Assembly: GCA_951406725.2 (NCBI GenBank)
Contig: OX597824.1
Span: forward strand, 34,782,001 to 34,846,000
Length of the DNA stretch: 64,000 nt
Direction of reading: 5' to 3'
From: Octopus vulgaris
Taxonomy: Eukaryota
Below, piece by piece: positions 37,878 through 51,464 of this stretch; positions within the stretch are counted from its first letter, which is position 1, and the number at the start of each line of letters is the position of its first letter. The notes beneath the pieces were generated by a model. It saw only the letters and a program-made list of their open reading frames with translations, was not told where the DNA came from and did no database searches. A program made the position numbers and the translations under genes.

Positions 37878-39109
37878 TAAAATAATAATAATAATAATGA
37901 TAACAACAACATCGAAAAATACCTTAGGAATGAGAATCCAGATTCGAAATTTCCCCAAGACACCTGTTAAAGGCTGGAGAGTATATCAGCTGAGACGTTG
38001 TGTTAACAACAAAGAAGATGAAGACAAATATCAAGTGCAAATAATGTAATTAATGTACATAATTCCTCATCTTTTAAATATAGAACTGTAGACCAAGGTT
38101 GATTAAATTTAAGCAATAAAGAAAATATCTAAGATTACAATTTTCATGTCAATATTTGAATGATCTTTGTTCCCACAATATTACAAGAGACATTCCCACC
38201 AACAAGCTTCAATATCTTTATTGCTGAATCTCATCTTTAGCATGCTCTGAGTGTATTGTTTTTAGAATGTGAATAAGACGGGGAAAGTTCAGAGCTACTA
38301 CCTCTGTTAGCAACTAAAGGACTCTCTCAGAGTAAAAGGTAGCTTGCTTGATGCTAGTGTACAAATGGCTATACTCCATGGTAGTGAGACATGGGCTCTG
38401 AATACAGAGGACATGTGTAGGCTAGAGAGGAATGAAGGCAGTATGCTCTGCTGGATGTGATAAACCTTGACACTTATTGCCATCCATCCCCAGTTCTTCC
38501 TGTTTCCTACTCTCTCTCTCTCTCTCTCTCTTTTCCTTGCTTTTCCCTCTGGCTGAGTAATCATATATCTACTCTACAGCAACAAACCTGTTTTTGCCCT
38601 CATTCTTGATCACTCTCTCTCCCTCTTTCTCTTGCTCTTACTTCTGGCTAGGTAACCATGTATCCCCTTTACAGCAGCATACCGCTTTCTTGTTAACTCA
38701 CCCTCTCTCTTTAGGTAACCATGTCCCTCCTCTTCAGCAGCACACCCGTTTCTGCCCTCTCTCTGGCTGGGTAACTATGTACCTTCTCCGTAGCAAGACA
38801 TCTGTTTCTGTCTCTCTGTCACACTCTAACTTTTCATCATCTAACACAAGATCACCTCCAATGACCCTCCTCTTTCAAAGATTCCTCATCTTGCAAAGTT
38901 ACTTGGTGACCTTGCCAGTGCAGGTGCTACAAAAAAAGCACCAAGTACACACAGTAAAGTGGTTGGTGTTAGGAAGGGCATCCAGCTGTAAAAACCATAC
39001 CAAAACAGACACAAGCATGGTACAGGCTGCTGCCTCGCCAGCTCCTGTCAAACTATCCAACCCATTCCAGTATGGAAGGAGGACATGAATAAATACATGT
39101 ATGTATGTA

Positions 39110-39522
39110 CTCTTTACTCTTTTACTTGTTTCAGTCATTTGACTGCGGCCATGCTGGAGCACCACCTTTAATCGAGCAACTCGACCCCGGGACTTATTCT
39201 TTTGTAAGCCCAGTGTTTATTCTATCGGTCTCTTTTGCCAAACCGCTAAGTAACGGGGACATAAACACACCAGCATCGGTTGTCAAGCAATGCTAGGGGG
39301 ACAAACACAGACACACAAACACACACACATACACATACATATACATATATATACATATGTACGACGGGCTTCTTTCAGTTTCCGTCTACCAAATCCACTC
39401 ACAAGGCTTTGGTCAGCCCGAGGCTATAATACAAGACACTTGCCCAAGGTGCCACGCAGTGGGACTGAACCCGGAACCATGTGGTTGGTAAACAAGCTAC
39501 TTACCACACAACCACTCCTGCG
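39110..39522 (-). mobile_element. Full-length tRNA-derived SINE
   Basis: Same family as 31107-31505. Confidence 0.88.
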
Positions 39523-39523
39523 C

Positions 39524-39554
<31 letters not shown>

Positions 39555-40081
39555 TGCATGTATGCATGCATACATGCATGCATGCATGCATGTATGTATG
39601 TTATGGAGATGTACTTGCATATTAAGTGACTTGATCTGATATCGTGTGCTGAAACAAAAACAATTGCAGTGTGGAAGATGTTTGAAAGCCATTTAAGATC
39701 ACACAAAAACCATTAGTTTCACTTCAACAATTGAATTTAATTTGTGTCCACAAAGTTTTGTCAGTGAACAGGTTACGATTTTAAAGTGACAAAAATATTT
39801 TGACACAAATTAAATTTAAATGTTGAAGTGAAGCTAATGGTTTTTGTGTGTTCTTAAATGGCTTACAAACATCTTCCATGCTGCAATTGTATATGTGTGT
39901 GTGCGTGTACATACATAAGTCATCTAAGAGTCTATAAGTCAGGGAAAGAATGCACTTGCATATCTGTTAATAGAGTGGGTATATTATCCAAAATGCACAT
40001 TATTATATATCCATCATGGCTGAGCTTACCAATTGGTTTCACACAAGGAATACAATGGAATGTTTGGTAACAATCTGATTA

Positions 40082-40592
40082 CCGTAAATCCTCGAGTATA
40101 ATCCGCATTTTTTCCCAAAACTTTAAAGGTCAAAATCCCTAGTGTGTACTATATATGAGGTTAAAAATGAAACTTATCTTCTAAGCAATGTCCGCGTCTC
40201 TATTTTCTGTCTGGCAATGTTTATTCAGACGCATTTTGTGATGTCGTGCATGAAAATACCTTAAGCTAAGCCTGAAAGCAATGAAGTCATAGAAGAATCA
40301 TCCATAACTTGCAGTAAGCAACATTTATTCAACGTTATTACTGTTATTTCTTTATTTTCTGCAAACAAAATGCACACAAAAGCTACATGTTTGCATTATG
40401 TTATATATACAATAATAATAAAGGATGTTACCGTATACATTTTTACAAACCAAGGAAGTTATATAGACCTCTTTGACTCAAGTTAAAGAAAGGGTGTGTA
40501 TTATACTCAAGGTTTAGGTTTTTCAGAGGTACAGCCCCCTAAAAATCCCCTGCGTATTATACTCAAGGGTGGACTATACTCGAGGATTTATG
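40082..40592. mobile_element. Tc1/mariner-superfamily MITE with CCGTA termini
   Basis: TA-CCGTAAATCCTCGAGTATAATCC and a degenerate inverted GGACTATACTCGAGGATTTATG. Confidence 0.65.
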
Positions 40593-41476
40593 TTCATCAG
40601 AGTTAGCTGATATGGAAGGGAATATGACAACTGCTCTCTATTGTCAGAGGTGAATTAACACATCTAGTTTGTGGCTGCTGTGAAAAAGGGTCAGGGGATT
40701 GGGCTTGGAGTTATGTCCGTTGGTTGGGTTCGCTGTAAGGCCGGTAAGAGTTATCTTGAAGTGTTTATGGGTAAAGTGTATGTTATTAAATGTGGTGCTC
40801 TTTCCTTCAACTGGCTTTGGCCTCTACAGATTAATTTCTATGTAAGATTTCTTTTATTGCACATGTTAGAAATGATCCCCTCAGAAATCCATTAAAAAAA
40901 TTATTTTTTACAGAATTTTGAGAAATCATTTAAAATTAAATTTGGACTTGATTAATGTTGTTTGGGCTCTAACAATACATTGTCTTGCTTCTTTTGTCTG
41001 AAGAAGTAGAACTTTAAGACTACTTGCATTCGTTATTTCCTTGCTAGGATGATCATCTTCCTCATTATCATATAATGTCTTTTTCTCCATGCTGGAATAG
41101 GCTGGACATTTTGACAGGAACCAATGAGCCAGAGGGTTGTGCCAAACTACATCTGCTTTGGTATGGTTTCAACAGCTGGATATCCTTCCTTATACCAACC
41201 ACTTTACAAAGTGTATTGGGTGCTTTTTCTGTGGCACCAGCACTTGTGAAATCACAAGTGAAGTATAGTATTGAGGGAGGCGAAAGTGTGTCAGAGGGAC
41301 AGGGGTAGGTGTCTTGCTGAAGAGGTGAATACATGTGGCTTCCCCAACTGGAAAGAAAGAAAGATGTGAGGTTAAAGTACAAGGATATGTTATGATGAAA
41401 GTATTGAAGCTTCTTTCTCATTTGTTTGTTTATTTAAATATTTATTCAGTAGATGTGTTTTTTTTTCTTTTTAAAG

Positions 41477-41579
41477 GTTGAAATATTTGATGAATTTCGG
41501 AAAGATCATAAGAAATGTATATGTAAAAAATATGGATATTGTGTCAGTTGTTTTCGGTCAAGGGTCAATAATGTTACAG
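41477..41579 (+). CDS. IL-17 receptor-like ectodomain exon, Cys-rich
   Basis: Poly-Y aaag acceptor, GTAAGC donor, phase 0 to 1, VEIFDEFRKDHKKCICKKYGYCVSCFRSRVNNVT. Confidence 0.78.
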
Positions 41580-41919
41580 GTAAGCAAAACTAAAATAATG
41601 CCCAAGAAAAATCATTATAAAAATGCAGATTATATATTGTGTATTTTGCATAAAATGTTTGGGAATCAGCAACAAAGGTTGATGGGGAATGGATATAAGA
41701 CCTGTGGGAGCTTCAGCGTAATATAGTTGCATGATGGTTGAAGTAATGAGTAAGGTGCTTAATGGATGTATGGGAAATAAGACAGTATGTATAATGGGAG
41801 GAATTAGGATGATGGGTAGCCAGCCAGTTCTGATGAGCAGCAGATAGTAGTGGTAGATAAAACAGACAGTGAGGTCACAATTTGAAAATAGTGATTGAAT
41901 ATTATTTTCAAATAAAGGG

Positions 41920-44400
41920 TTGCTTTATAAGGAGGATACAGTAGCCAGATTGACTACATCCCCACCAAACACATGGATAGATATATGCCCATAAATGCAA
42001 AATGTACAACTCAAAATAAGCTAGTGATGAGTGACCTCAGGTTTTGGGCCAGAAAGATTCTGAGATGCAATCCAGCATGGAAAAGATGGCTGTGGAAGCT
42101 CAAGGATCCCTCAAGTAGGTAGAGATTTAGAGATGTTCTCAATGACGCCTATGATGAGAAGGAAGGAGAGATAGAGACATATGATGTAGAGGACAACTGG
42201 AAGTTCTTAGGGGACAATCTACTAAGGGCTACAGACCAAATTTGTGGTTGGAGCAAAATCCCTGCAGAGACCAAGAGTGATGTGCTGGAGGAACAGTGAC
42301 ATTAACAGAGCCATAAAAGAGAAAAGACAAGCCTGGAAAGAGTGGAAAATAGGGTATGAAAAAATCTTATCAGAAAGTTAAAAAGGAGGCTAGATGCCAG
42401 GTCTATTCAGCATAAAGGAAGAGGTTTGCCAAAGTCCTACAGCATGAAGATCAGTTTTCCAGATTTTCAGACAGTGTGTCAGTGAGAATTGAGATATTGT
42501 AGGAGAGAAGTGTGTGCAGATGGATAATGGTATGCTTGCACTTAATGATGTGGACAAGAAAGAAGCATGGAAAAGTTACTATGCAAGACTGTTGAATGTA
42601 GAGAATGAATGGGATAAAGGGAGTCTTCCTCATTTAAACCCAATAGAGAGATCTAGTGGACGGCAGTATGGTACATATTGCAATTGAAAACTTGAAAATC
42701 TGGAAAGCCCTTGGTTCATCCAGATTCACAGCTGAGATGCTTAAAATATCCAGTCAGGTAGGATATGGGCTGGTCACCCACATAATTGATCCGGTCATTC
42801 AGGAAGTTGTAATACCCAGTGACTGGCATAGCTGCATAATTGTTAACTGCTACAAGAGTAAGGTCAATGCACTAAATAGAAGCAATTACAGAGGCATCAA
42901 ACTCCTAGATCTGGTGATGAAAATTACAGAGAGAGTTATAGCCCAATCAATTAGGAGCAGACATAGGCTAGACGAAATGCAGTTCAGCTTTGTCTGGGAA
43001 AGAAGCACTACTGATGCTATTTTCAGTCTGGCAACTTCAAGAGAAGTACTTAGCTAAGAATAAACCATTATACTTGGAATTTGTTGATCTAGAGAAAGCC
43101 TTTGATCAAGTGCCCCACTGTGTGATGTGGTGGACTCTGATGAGGCTGATGAAAGCTGTACAGGCCATGTACAAAGGGGCTGTTAGTAAGGTGAGAATTA
43201 ACCAAGAGTACAGTAAAGAATTTAGTTCAAAGGTAGGGGCTCATCAAGGCTCAATCCTTAGTCTCCTCCTTTTCATCATTGTCCTTCAGGCCATAACAGA
43301 GGAATTCAAGCCAAGCAGACCCTGGGAACTACTATATGCTGATGGTCTTGCTCTTGTAGTGGATTTCATATCAAAGCTAGATGAGAAATTCCAGGTGTGG
43401 CCTTAAAGTTAACATAGCAAAAACTAAGGTCCTAGTAAGCAAGAATACTGACAGGATCCTGCCCAAGTCAGGTGGGTGACCCTGTTTGATTCGTAGGAAA
43501 GGCATAGGCAAGAATTCCATATGGTGTACCCAGTATAAGCTATGGACACACAATCAGTGCAGTGGATTAATAAGAAGGTTATCAGAGAAGATAGCTTTCA
43601 TATGTGGAAGATGCACAGGATCTATAAAAACTATAGAGACTCAGGAAGTTGATTCTCTCAAATGCTCTGGTGGTTCATTAGTGGTAGGAAATCATTTCTG
43701 CTACCTAGGGGATCAAATTAATGGTGGGGGAGGATGCATGGAGTGAGTGATAGCTAGAATAAGAATAGAATTGAAGAAATTCAGAGAGCTGCTACCTCTG
43801 TTGGCCATGAAAGGTTACTGACTCCAAGCGAAAGGAAAACCATGGAGGAATTCCAACCATGTTTCATGGTTCGTTATCTCAACAGATTCTTTATAGGATC
43901 CAATGGCTAAGGACATCATCAAGAGGAACCACATCTGGTTTCGGCCCTTACTCCTCTACCGTTGTCAACATGTGGGGCCCCTCCCCATTTTGGAGGTGTC
44001 TTCAGCTCTGGTGTTGACTACATTTTTTTTTTTTCGTTTTCCTTTGGCCTTTTGTTCTTTGGTTTCAGACAGCATTTCTACATGGTAGTGAGACATAGGC
44101 CCTAAATGCAGAGGACATGCAAAGGTTAGAAAAGAACGAGGCAAGTATGCTCCGCTGGATGTGTAGTGTTAGTGTACATGTTTAACAGAGTGCTAGTGTT
44201 CTGAGACAGAAGTTAGGCATAAGAGGAATTAGTTGCTGTGTGCAAGAGAGAAGACTGTACTGGTTTAATTATGTGATGTGGGTGGATGTCGACAGCTCCA
44301 TAAAGAAGTGCTGATCTCTCAAAGTGGATGGAACACATAGAAGTGGGAGACCCAGAAAGATGAAGGATGAAGTACTGAAGAACACCCTCAGGATGAAAAC
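41920..44400 (+). mobile_element. Old RTE LINE copy
   Basis: SQIDYI, NYRGIKLLD, FVDLEKAFD, HQGS, YADG and PHD-like remnants with many stops. Confidence 0.9.
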
Positions 44401-44715
44401 CTTTCAGGTGAAACGTTTAGTTCAAATGAATTATATGATAGAGAGATGTGTGTGTCAGTAATGATAGTGGATTATTGAAGTCATTGAATTTCATAGCATG
44501 AATTCCTGCAGCAAGTTGATTTTAGCTGTGTTACAACCACTTGTCAGTTATCAGACAAATCGTCTCTCTCTATATATGATGGATTGAAACTAACATCTAT
44601 TGGACCAATTTAACAATACTTTTGTTTATTGAAGTTAAATTGATATTTTTAAAAAGTATTTCCAATTTTGTCTTTGACAAAATAACAAAATTTTGATTTC
44701 TATTTTATTTCATAG

Positions 44716-44871
44716 TGACTGGTACACCATGTACAACCCCATCACCAAAGCACAACAACAAAACATCAACAAAACACAAAGAGAACTCTTCTAAATTAAC
44801 CATATCCCTTGCTATTATTGGTGCTATGATCATTCTTGTGCTTCTTGCTCTCAGTTTTTACTATTTCAAGT
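44716..44871 (+). CDS. IL-17 receptor-like stalk + transmembrane exon
   Basis: catag acceptor, GTGAGT donor, phase 1-1; S/T/P stalk then LTISLAIIGAMIILVLLALSFYYF. Confidence 0.85.
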
Positions 44872-44944
44872 GTGAGTATGCAATCTTTGTTCAGACATAT
44901 GCTCAAGTAGTATCACCAAGATTATCTGTATATCTGATAGCTTA

Positions 44945-47731
44945 GCCCTGATTACATGGTCTTAAGCAGATGAGTTAAATCTCATATATAGGACACCAGT
45001 CTATTTCAGGAAATATTTCTTGTAGATGTGGTTCCTATTTTGTCACAAATTAAATACCTAAGACCATGTTGATGTGGATTCAAGACTTACAAATGTATTT
45101 CCTATTTAGTTCTTTCAGCTTTGTAATATGATGAATTGTGGATATTTATATGAGACATTATTTATATGTATATGTTTTGATGTATGTTTGATGAAGGAAA
45201 TTATTATTACTGTTTGTAAATAGTAATCCATTAAATATCTGATGTTTGTGTTGGATTATTTAGCTTGTGTAACTGACCTCTTGAAATCTAGTAATGTCTA
45301 GTAATGTCAAAGTATTTCCATTTGCAAAACAGTGTACAATCCAAGAATTAACTATTATAGTGTCTAGGAAATTTGTGAATAGACTAAAGTACCAATTCTT
45401 ACATGTAACAGAGATGTGATACTTTTGGATAAGCCAGTCTAAGTGGTCCACACCTCCCATATATTTGTCAAACTTGGCTATGAGAAATGGCTGAGGAACA
45501 AATATTTCTTTTCTATGGCTGGTTGACCATCTTTTAGTATTTCCAACAGGGGTGGCAGACTGATGATTGCTTGCAATTGTGAAAATGCTGTTGTCATGCC
45601 ACTTCAAAACAAAGAATTCTTCCTTTTCTTCAAATTTGTAGTCATAGGATCCATGATTTTCCTTTTTCCTGGATTTGTTATCCTTCATGGGACATCTGGA
45701 TGTTCTGTTTGAATATACTGTACCCATGATTCTGATTCCTAAAGTTATAACTTGAGAAAAAGTTAACATAAATTTCATGATCATTGGGGTTCTCTAAGTG
45801 ATTGGTCATTGATAAAACCACTCTTGAACCTAGACTGTCATCATTCCTGGTATTGGAAGTAGGATTTTTTTTTGCTTTCCTTGATATAAATCCATTCTAA
45901 AATAATAGCCACTAGTGGCACAACAAAGCACCCACTTCTTGAAACCAAATCTTATTGGCTTACTCTTATAAATTGTTTTAGAGAGCTTCTTCCATAGTAT
46001 CTTACTATGTTTTCATCTACTGACAGCCTCTTAGAGAATATTCCAAACTGCTTGAACTTCTGATTCAGAGATTAAAAAATCTCAACTTGGCTCTTGCCAA
46101 GTACTTTATCTTTCATTGATTTCATTCTATCATCTGCTCCATCAGTAGTTGGTGATGCAAATTTGGAAAAATCAGTGTTTTTCCAAGAGAAATCTGAGCT
46201 TTTCTTTTTTTTTTCCTTTTGGTTATGTTACTTCTTCATTATCATACCGATGAAGCTCAACACTTTCTGGCACATCCTACAAGATAATGGTTAGATTTCT
46301 GTTCTCATCATCTAAAATCTCATCATCAAAGTCTTCTTCATCAGTCAGTTCATTTACTGGTGGAGGAAGTTCAACAATATCAATAAAGTTTTCATCACTA
46401 GGAGACTCATTTTCTTCTGCATAATTTACTGTACCATGAACTGAATAGAATGACTTGACTGAATGGTAGAAAGCCATGGGAGAACATCTGAAAATAAAAC
46501 TAAAATTAGAATAATAAAGAAAGAAAATAACAATTTTTTTTTCACAGCTGTCTATACATAGAAAATGTTTTCGGCATAAAAAATTTTATCTCTGCAGATT
46601 GTTTTCTCTTTTATGCAACTTCCATAGAAAATTGAAAAAATGGAGTTCTAGTGACCATGCTCCTTATATTAGGACCAAACATTTAGAGCATGCTATATTT
46701 GAGCAAAATTACTTTCAAAGATTTTCTTAACTTTATTGGACAGTTAGAACAATTGTTTATACTATATACAAATATGGGTTGGATATAAGTAGTACTTATC
46801 AAAAAGTTTTTGATTGAAACTGAGTGTATCCTTTCCCTCAAGATTTTCACACCGTACTGAAAACTGAGACATCAGTGTTGACAATATACATCAGACACTA
46901 GGTGTAATATTTGAAAAACACTCCAGTCTTGATGACTAAAGATATCGCAGAAAAATACAAGTGTTGCAGAAATATGATGTTTAACCTGTCTTCTTTGCTG
47001 ATTATTTTTTTTTCTTTTTGTGGTTAAAATTATTTGTGAGTAACCTGCAGGTTGTTTTCAAACCAATACTCAAGAAATTATAGAAATCTGACTCGCAAGA
47101 TTTTATTCAATGTTATTTTTATTTAATTCAAATTCAATAGTTTTAACTGTATTATAAATATAACAGGTGCTCTCCCTTAGTTTACTTTAAGATTTACGAG
47201 AAGGCAGGTGATAAAAGGCTTTTCCTAATTTCTTCTAAGAATTTACTTGTCTAGAAGAATGATGAGTATTAAATTTCTTAACTAATTCTTCAAACTGCTC
47301 CATGAAGAATTTAGGTAAATTACTTAAGGTCATGATGGAGAATACAGATAATGCAAGGGCGACTTCATGAGTTTGAAAAATAATTCACCACTTCAAGACA
47401 TGCAGATGTGAGGACAAATTCTCTTGTAGCAGCTTAGATGTCACTAAAAATATATTGGAAATCCTGGGTTTTTATAAGCTACTTTGGAGTGTCCAGGAAC
47501 TAAAATTTCAGAACAATTTTTGGTTGAAAACTAGGATGGCTTCGGTTAATATTTTCTTAGTCAATGAAAAAAATCTTTGTCTAAACTTGTATTTTAGTGT
47601 CAGAAGAAAATTTCCACAGAACAAATCTAGTTGATTTCTGTTCAAAATATATCTGCTACAAAGTTTCTTACTACAGATGCGTGATCCTTCTGGGCCTAAA
47701 AAAAAAAAAAGGGACCATGGGCGCTAACGGG
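44945..47731 (-). mobile_element. Decayed piggyBac element (transposase remnants about 45260-46477)
   Basis: YMGGVDHLD, KWHDN and KPIRFGFK motifs. Terminus ...CCATGGGCGCTAACGGG|TTAT at 47731; the other end is uncertain. Confidence 0.8.
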
Positions 47732-48120
47732 TTATGAGAAATGATAGTTTTGTAAAATCACATCGTGAGCTTGTTTTCGTTTTATATAGTGTAACATTTA
47801 AATAGTGTTATTGTCAGGCTGCACTTAAGACTTGTTAACAGTTCACAAGGAAAATGCTGTACCTGTTAAGTATTATTAGCATTTGAATTGTTTATATAAC
47901 ATTTTGATAGTTTAGGAGCTAGGTGGAAAATCCGCCCAAGAAAAGACAATTTTTAGCTTCAAAGAAAAAACACAGTCGCAATTAATATTCATAAAGATCT
48001 CACTGTGCAACACTGAAAAAAAGGATGATAGTTTCAGTTATATTCTGTATTATGAGAGATAATGAAAAAGAAAGAATAAGAGAAAAAGTGATATCCTACA
48101 ATTATATATCTTTACATACA

Positions 48121-49740
48121 TCATCATCATCATCATCATCATTTAGCGTCCGTTTTCCATGCTAGCATGGGTTGGACGGTTCAACTGGGGTCTGGGGAGC
48201 CCGAAGGCTGCACCAGGCCAGTCAGATCTGGCAGTGTTTCTACAGCTGGATGCCCTTCCTAACGCCAACCACTCCGAGAGTGTAGTGGGTGATTTTATGT
48301 GCCACCGACACAGGTGCCAGTCGAGGCTGGCGAACGGCCACGCTCGGATGGTGTTTTTATGTGCCACCGACACAGGTGCCAGTCGAGGCTGGCGAACGGC
48401 CACGCTCGGATGGTGTTTTTATGTGCCACCGACACAGGTGCCAGATGAGGCTGGCGGACGGCCACGATCGGATGGTGTTTGTTACGTCCCCAAAGCACGG
48501 AGGCCAGTCTATGCGGTACTGGCTACGGCCACGTTCGGATGATTTTCTTGTGTGCCACCGGCGCTGGTACCACAAAGATACAAATTCCATTGATGTTCAT
48601 CTATTTTGATTTGATTTTCACTTGCCTCAACAGGTCTTCACAATTGTCACAAGAAGGAAGGTATGCACAGGTGGACTGACAACGTCCCAGGCAGGGGCCA
48701 CGGGTTATGGCCTGACTAGTCTTGCCGGGTCTTCGGATGGTGTTTTTATGTGCCACCGACACAGGTGCCAGATGAGGCTGGCAAACGTCCACGATCGGAT
48801 GGTGTTTGTTGCGTGCCCACAGCACGGAGGCCAGTCGATGCGGCACTGGCCACGGCCACGTTCGGATGGTTTTCCTGTGTGCCACCGGCCCTGGTACCAC
48901 AAAGACACAAATTCCATTGATGTACATCTATTTTGACTTGATTTGATTTGATTTGATTTTCACTTGCCTCAACAGGTCTTCACAAGTGTCACAAGAAGGA
49001 AGGAAGGTATGCACAGGTGGACTGACTACGTCCCAAGTAGGGGCCACGGGTTATGGCCTGACTAGTCTTGCCGGGTCTTCAGTTGGTGTTTTTATGTGCC
49101 ACCGACACAGGTGCCAGATGAGGCTGGCGGACGGCCACGATCGGATGGTGTTTGTTATGTGCCCACATCACAGAGGCCAGTCGATGCAGTACTGGCTACG
49201 GCCACGTTCGGATGGTTTTCTTGTGTGCCACCGGTACTGGTACCACAAAGATACAAATTCCATTGATGTTCATCTATTTTGATTTGGTATGATTTGATTT
49301 GATTTGATTTGATTTGATTTGATTTTGATTTTCACTTGCCTCAACAGGTCTATACAAGTGTCACACACTTGCCTCAACAGGTCTTCACAAGTGTCATAAG
49401 TAGGGAGGTATGCACCGGTGGACTGACTACGTCGCCGGGACTTCGGATGGTGTTTTTATGTGCCACCGACACAGGTGCCAGATGGGGCTGGCGAACGGCC
49501 ACGATCGGATGGTTTTCTTGTGTGCCACCGGTACTGGAACCACAAAGATACAAATTCCATTGATGTTCATCTATTTTGATTTGGTTTGATTTGATTTTCA
49601 CTTGCCTCAACAGGTCTTAACAAGTGTCACACCCTTGCCTCTGCCTCAACAGGTCTTCACAAGTGTCACACCCTTGCCTCTGCCTCAACAGGTCTTCACA
49701 AAGTGTCACACACTTGCCTCTGCCTCAACAGGTCTTCACA
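48121..49740 (-). mobile_element. RTE 3'-UTR-derived insertion with nested tandem arrays
   Basis: (CAT)n tail, RTE 3' UTR, units of about 60 bp within about four higher-order repeats, (TTTGA)n and cttgcctcaacaggtcttcacaagtgtcaca repeats. Confidence 0.85.
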
Positions 49741-51464
49741 ATCCATGTATAATCAGTCAATGAGAACGGGAATTATTTTAGGTGAGTAGGCAAAATATTG
49801 CTAATTTGTGGTTCAAATTTTGTAATTCCTGAAATGGAAACTGATTGCATTTATTAACATTGTTAAAATCGACCTATATATAGATTTCATATATTTCATC
49901 TTTGAAATTTTCTTTTTTTTTTTCACATAAATAGTTTATGCCAAATACAGAAACCCATTGCTAGCAAATGATTTTTAAATATATTGTTCATGTTGGAGGC
50001 ATTAATAAAAGCCAGTCAAGAGTAGTATATCTAATGGGGGTTCTGGGACAGATCACATGATAGGGCCCAGCCCATTTTCCACATAGCCCCAGCTAACCTC
50101 AGGCTGCTTATACTCTGTTCGATTTTTTATTTAGACAAATGCTTGCCTTATGTATAAACAACAGTATGATTGAGTACAATTGATGCGAGTGGTTGGTCGT
50201 CGGGTGGACCAAGCGCTGCGGGAAACAGTGCATCAATAAATTGTGTGGGGTCCACCAGGCTCAGTTACGTAGGAAGCTGGGATTGGAGCCAGATATACAT
50301 CTAGTGGGGGTTCTGGGACAGATCACATGATAGGGCCCGCCCCACACCCCTGGCAGGCCCCAGCCCAATGATACACGTTTGTAATCCCAACCCTATACTA
50401 TACTGAGTACCAATAGGAGCCTTATAGCTTTGCCATAGGGTGGACGACCCCTTGCCAGCCTAAGGGCTTATATTTACAGCAGGGGAGCTCGACAACCAGG
50501 GTTTACCCCAAACCCTAGAAGAGCTATAAATGACTCACCTCTGTGCCATTTCGGCCTGTAAGGCCTCATCAGAACACCTGGCAGGTATTAATGGCTCCTG
50601 GTAGTGTCAGTGTGCCTGAACCCATTCCATTACATGAATAGGCCATCAAGTGGGAGCAATCAGAGTTCCACATATAGGACTGTTGAGATTAACAGCCGAA
50701 AGACTGAGGCATTTACTCATCCTCACCATCTGTCCCTTCCTCTACCACAGACTCTAGCCTTTGAATGTCCTCCTTGACCAGCTGTATTTGAGCTTCCGTG
50801 GTTTCTAAGTCCATTGCTATTTTTTCAGCCTCTCTCTCTGTTTTCTCCTTTACTGTAGATGTCTTGTTCATTCAATCAGTTTTCTGGCCAATTCCGGACG
50901 TGCTTTGCCTTTAGACACATTTGTTTCTTTGACTATTTGCTCCAAAAACGAGAAAACTCTCTTTTTTTTGGTCTGTCTACATCCATTTTTGTCATGCTAT
51001 GATATTCCTGTCACACTGATAGAAACTTGTCACGGTCTAGGAGGTGTGACAACTAATTTACAGCTTATATAAACCGACAGACTTAACAGCCCTTAACACC
51101 ACTTAGCACCACTTAACAGCACTTAGCACCACTTAACAGCCCTTTTTGCTATCCATAGCTATGTATATTCCGATACATTCTAGAAGGCTGATGCAGCTAT
51201 GTGAAATGCTTGTGGTTTTTCAAAGTGGGACAGGAAGTAAATAATAGCACAAGGCAGAATGTAAACATGACGTAGTCATAGCACATGGCTGAACCAGGAA
51301 GTAAACATGACGATGTCATAACAGCAGTATGGTGGCCCAAAGGGAACATAAATAAAAAAGTGGCTGAAAGCTGTGATAGTTACAGAGTAACAGTGTATGG
51401 AAGCAGGCTGTGTGGTGCTCTTTTTGGCCTCATAAAGCAGATTATGGTGCAACCAACTTCTTTA

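Noticed and set aside
37420-37900. PolyQ/polyN/polyI ORFs
   Set aside because: Simple (CAA/CAG)n repeats at the gag remnant and an (AAT)n microsatellite.
37960-38010. Hammerhead-like remnant (CTGTTAA ggctg...cagct GAGA cgttgt)
   Set aside because: Both core boxes are mutated; a dead Penelope-type fragment.
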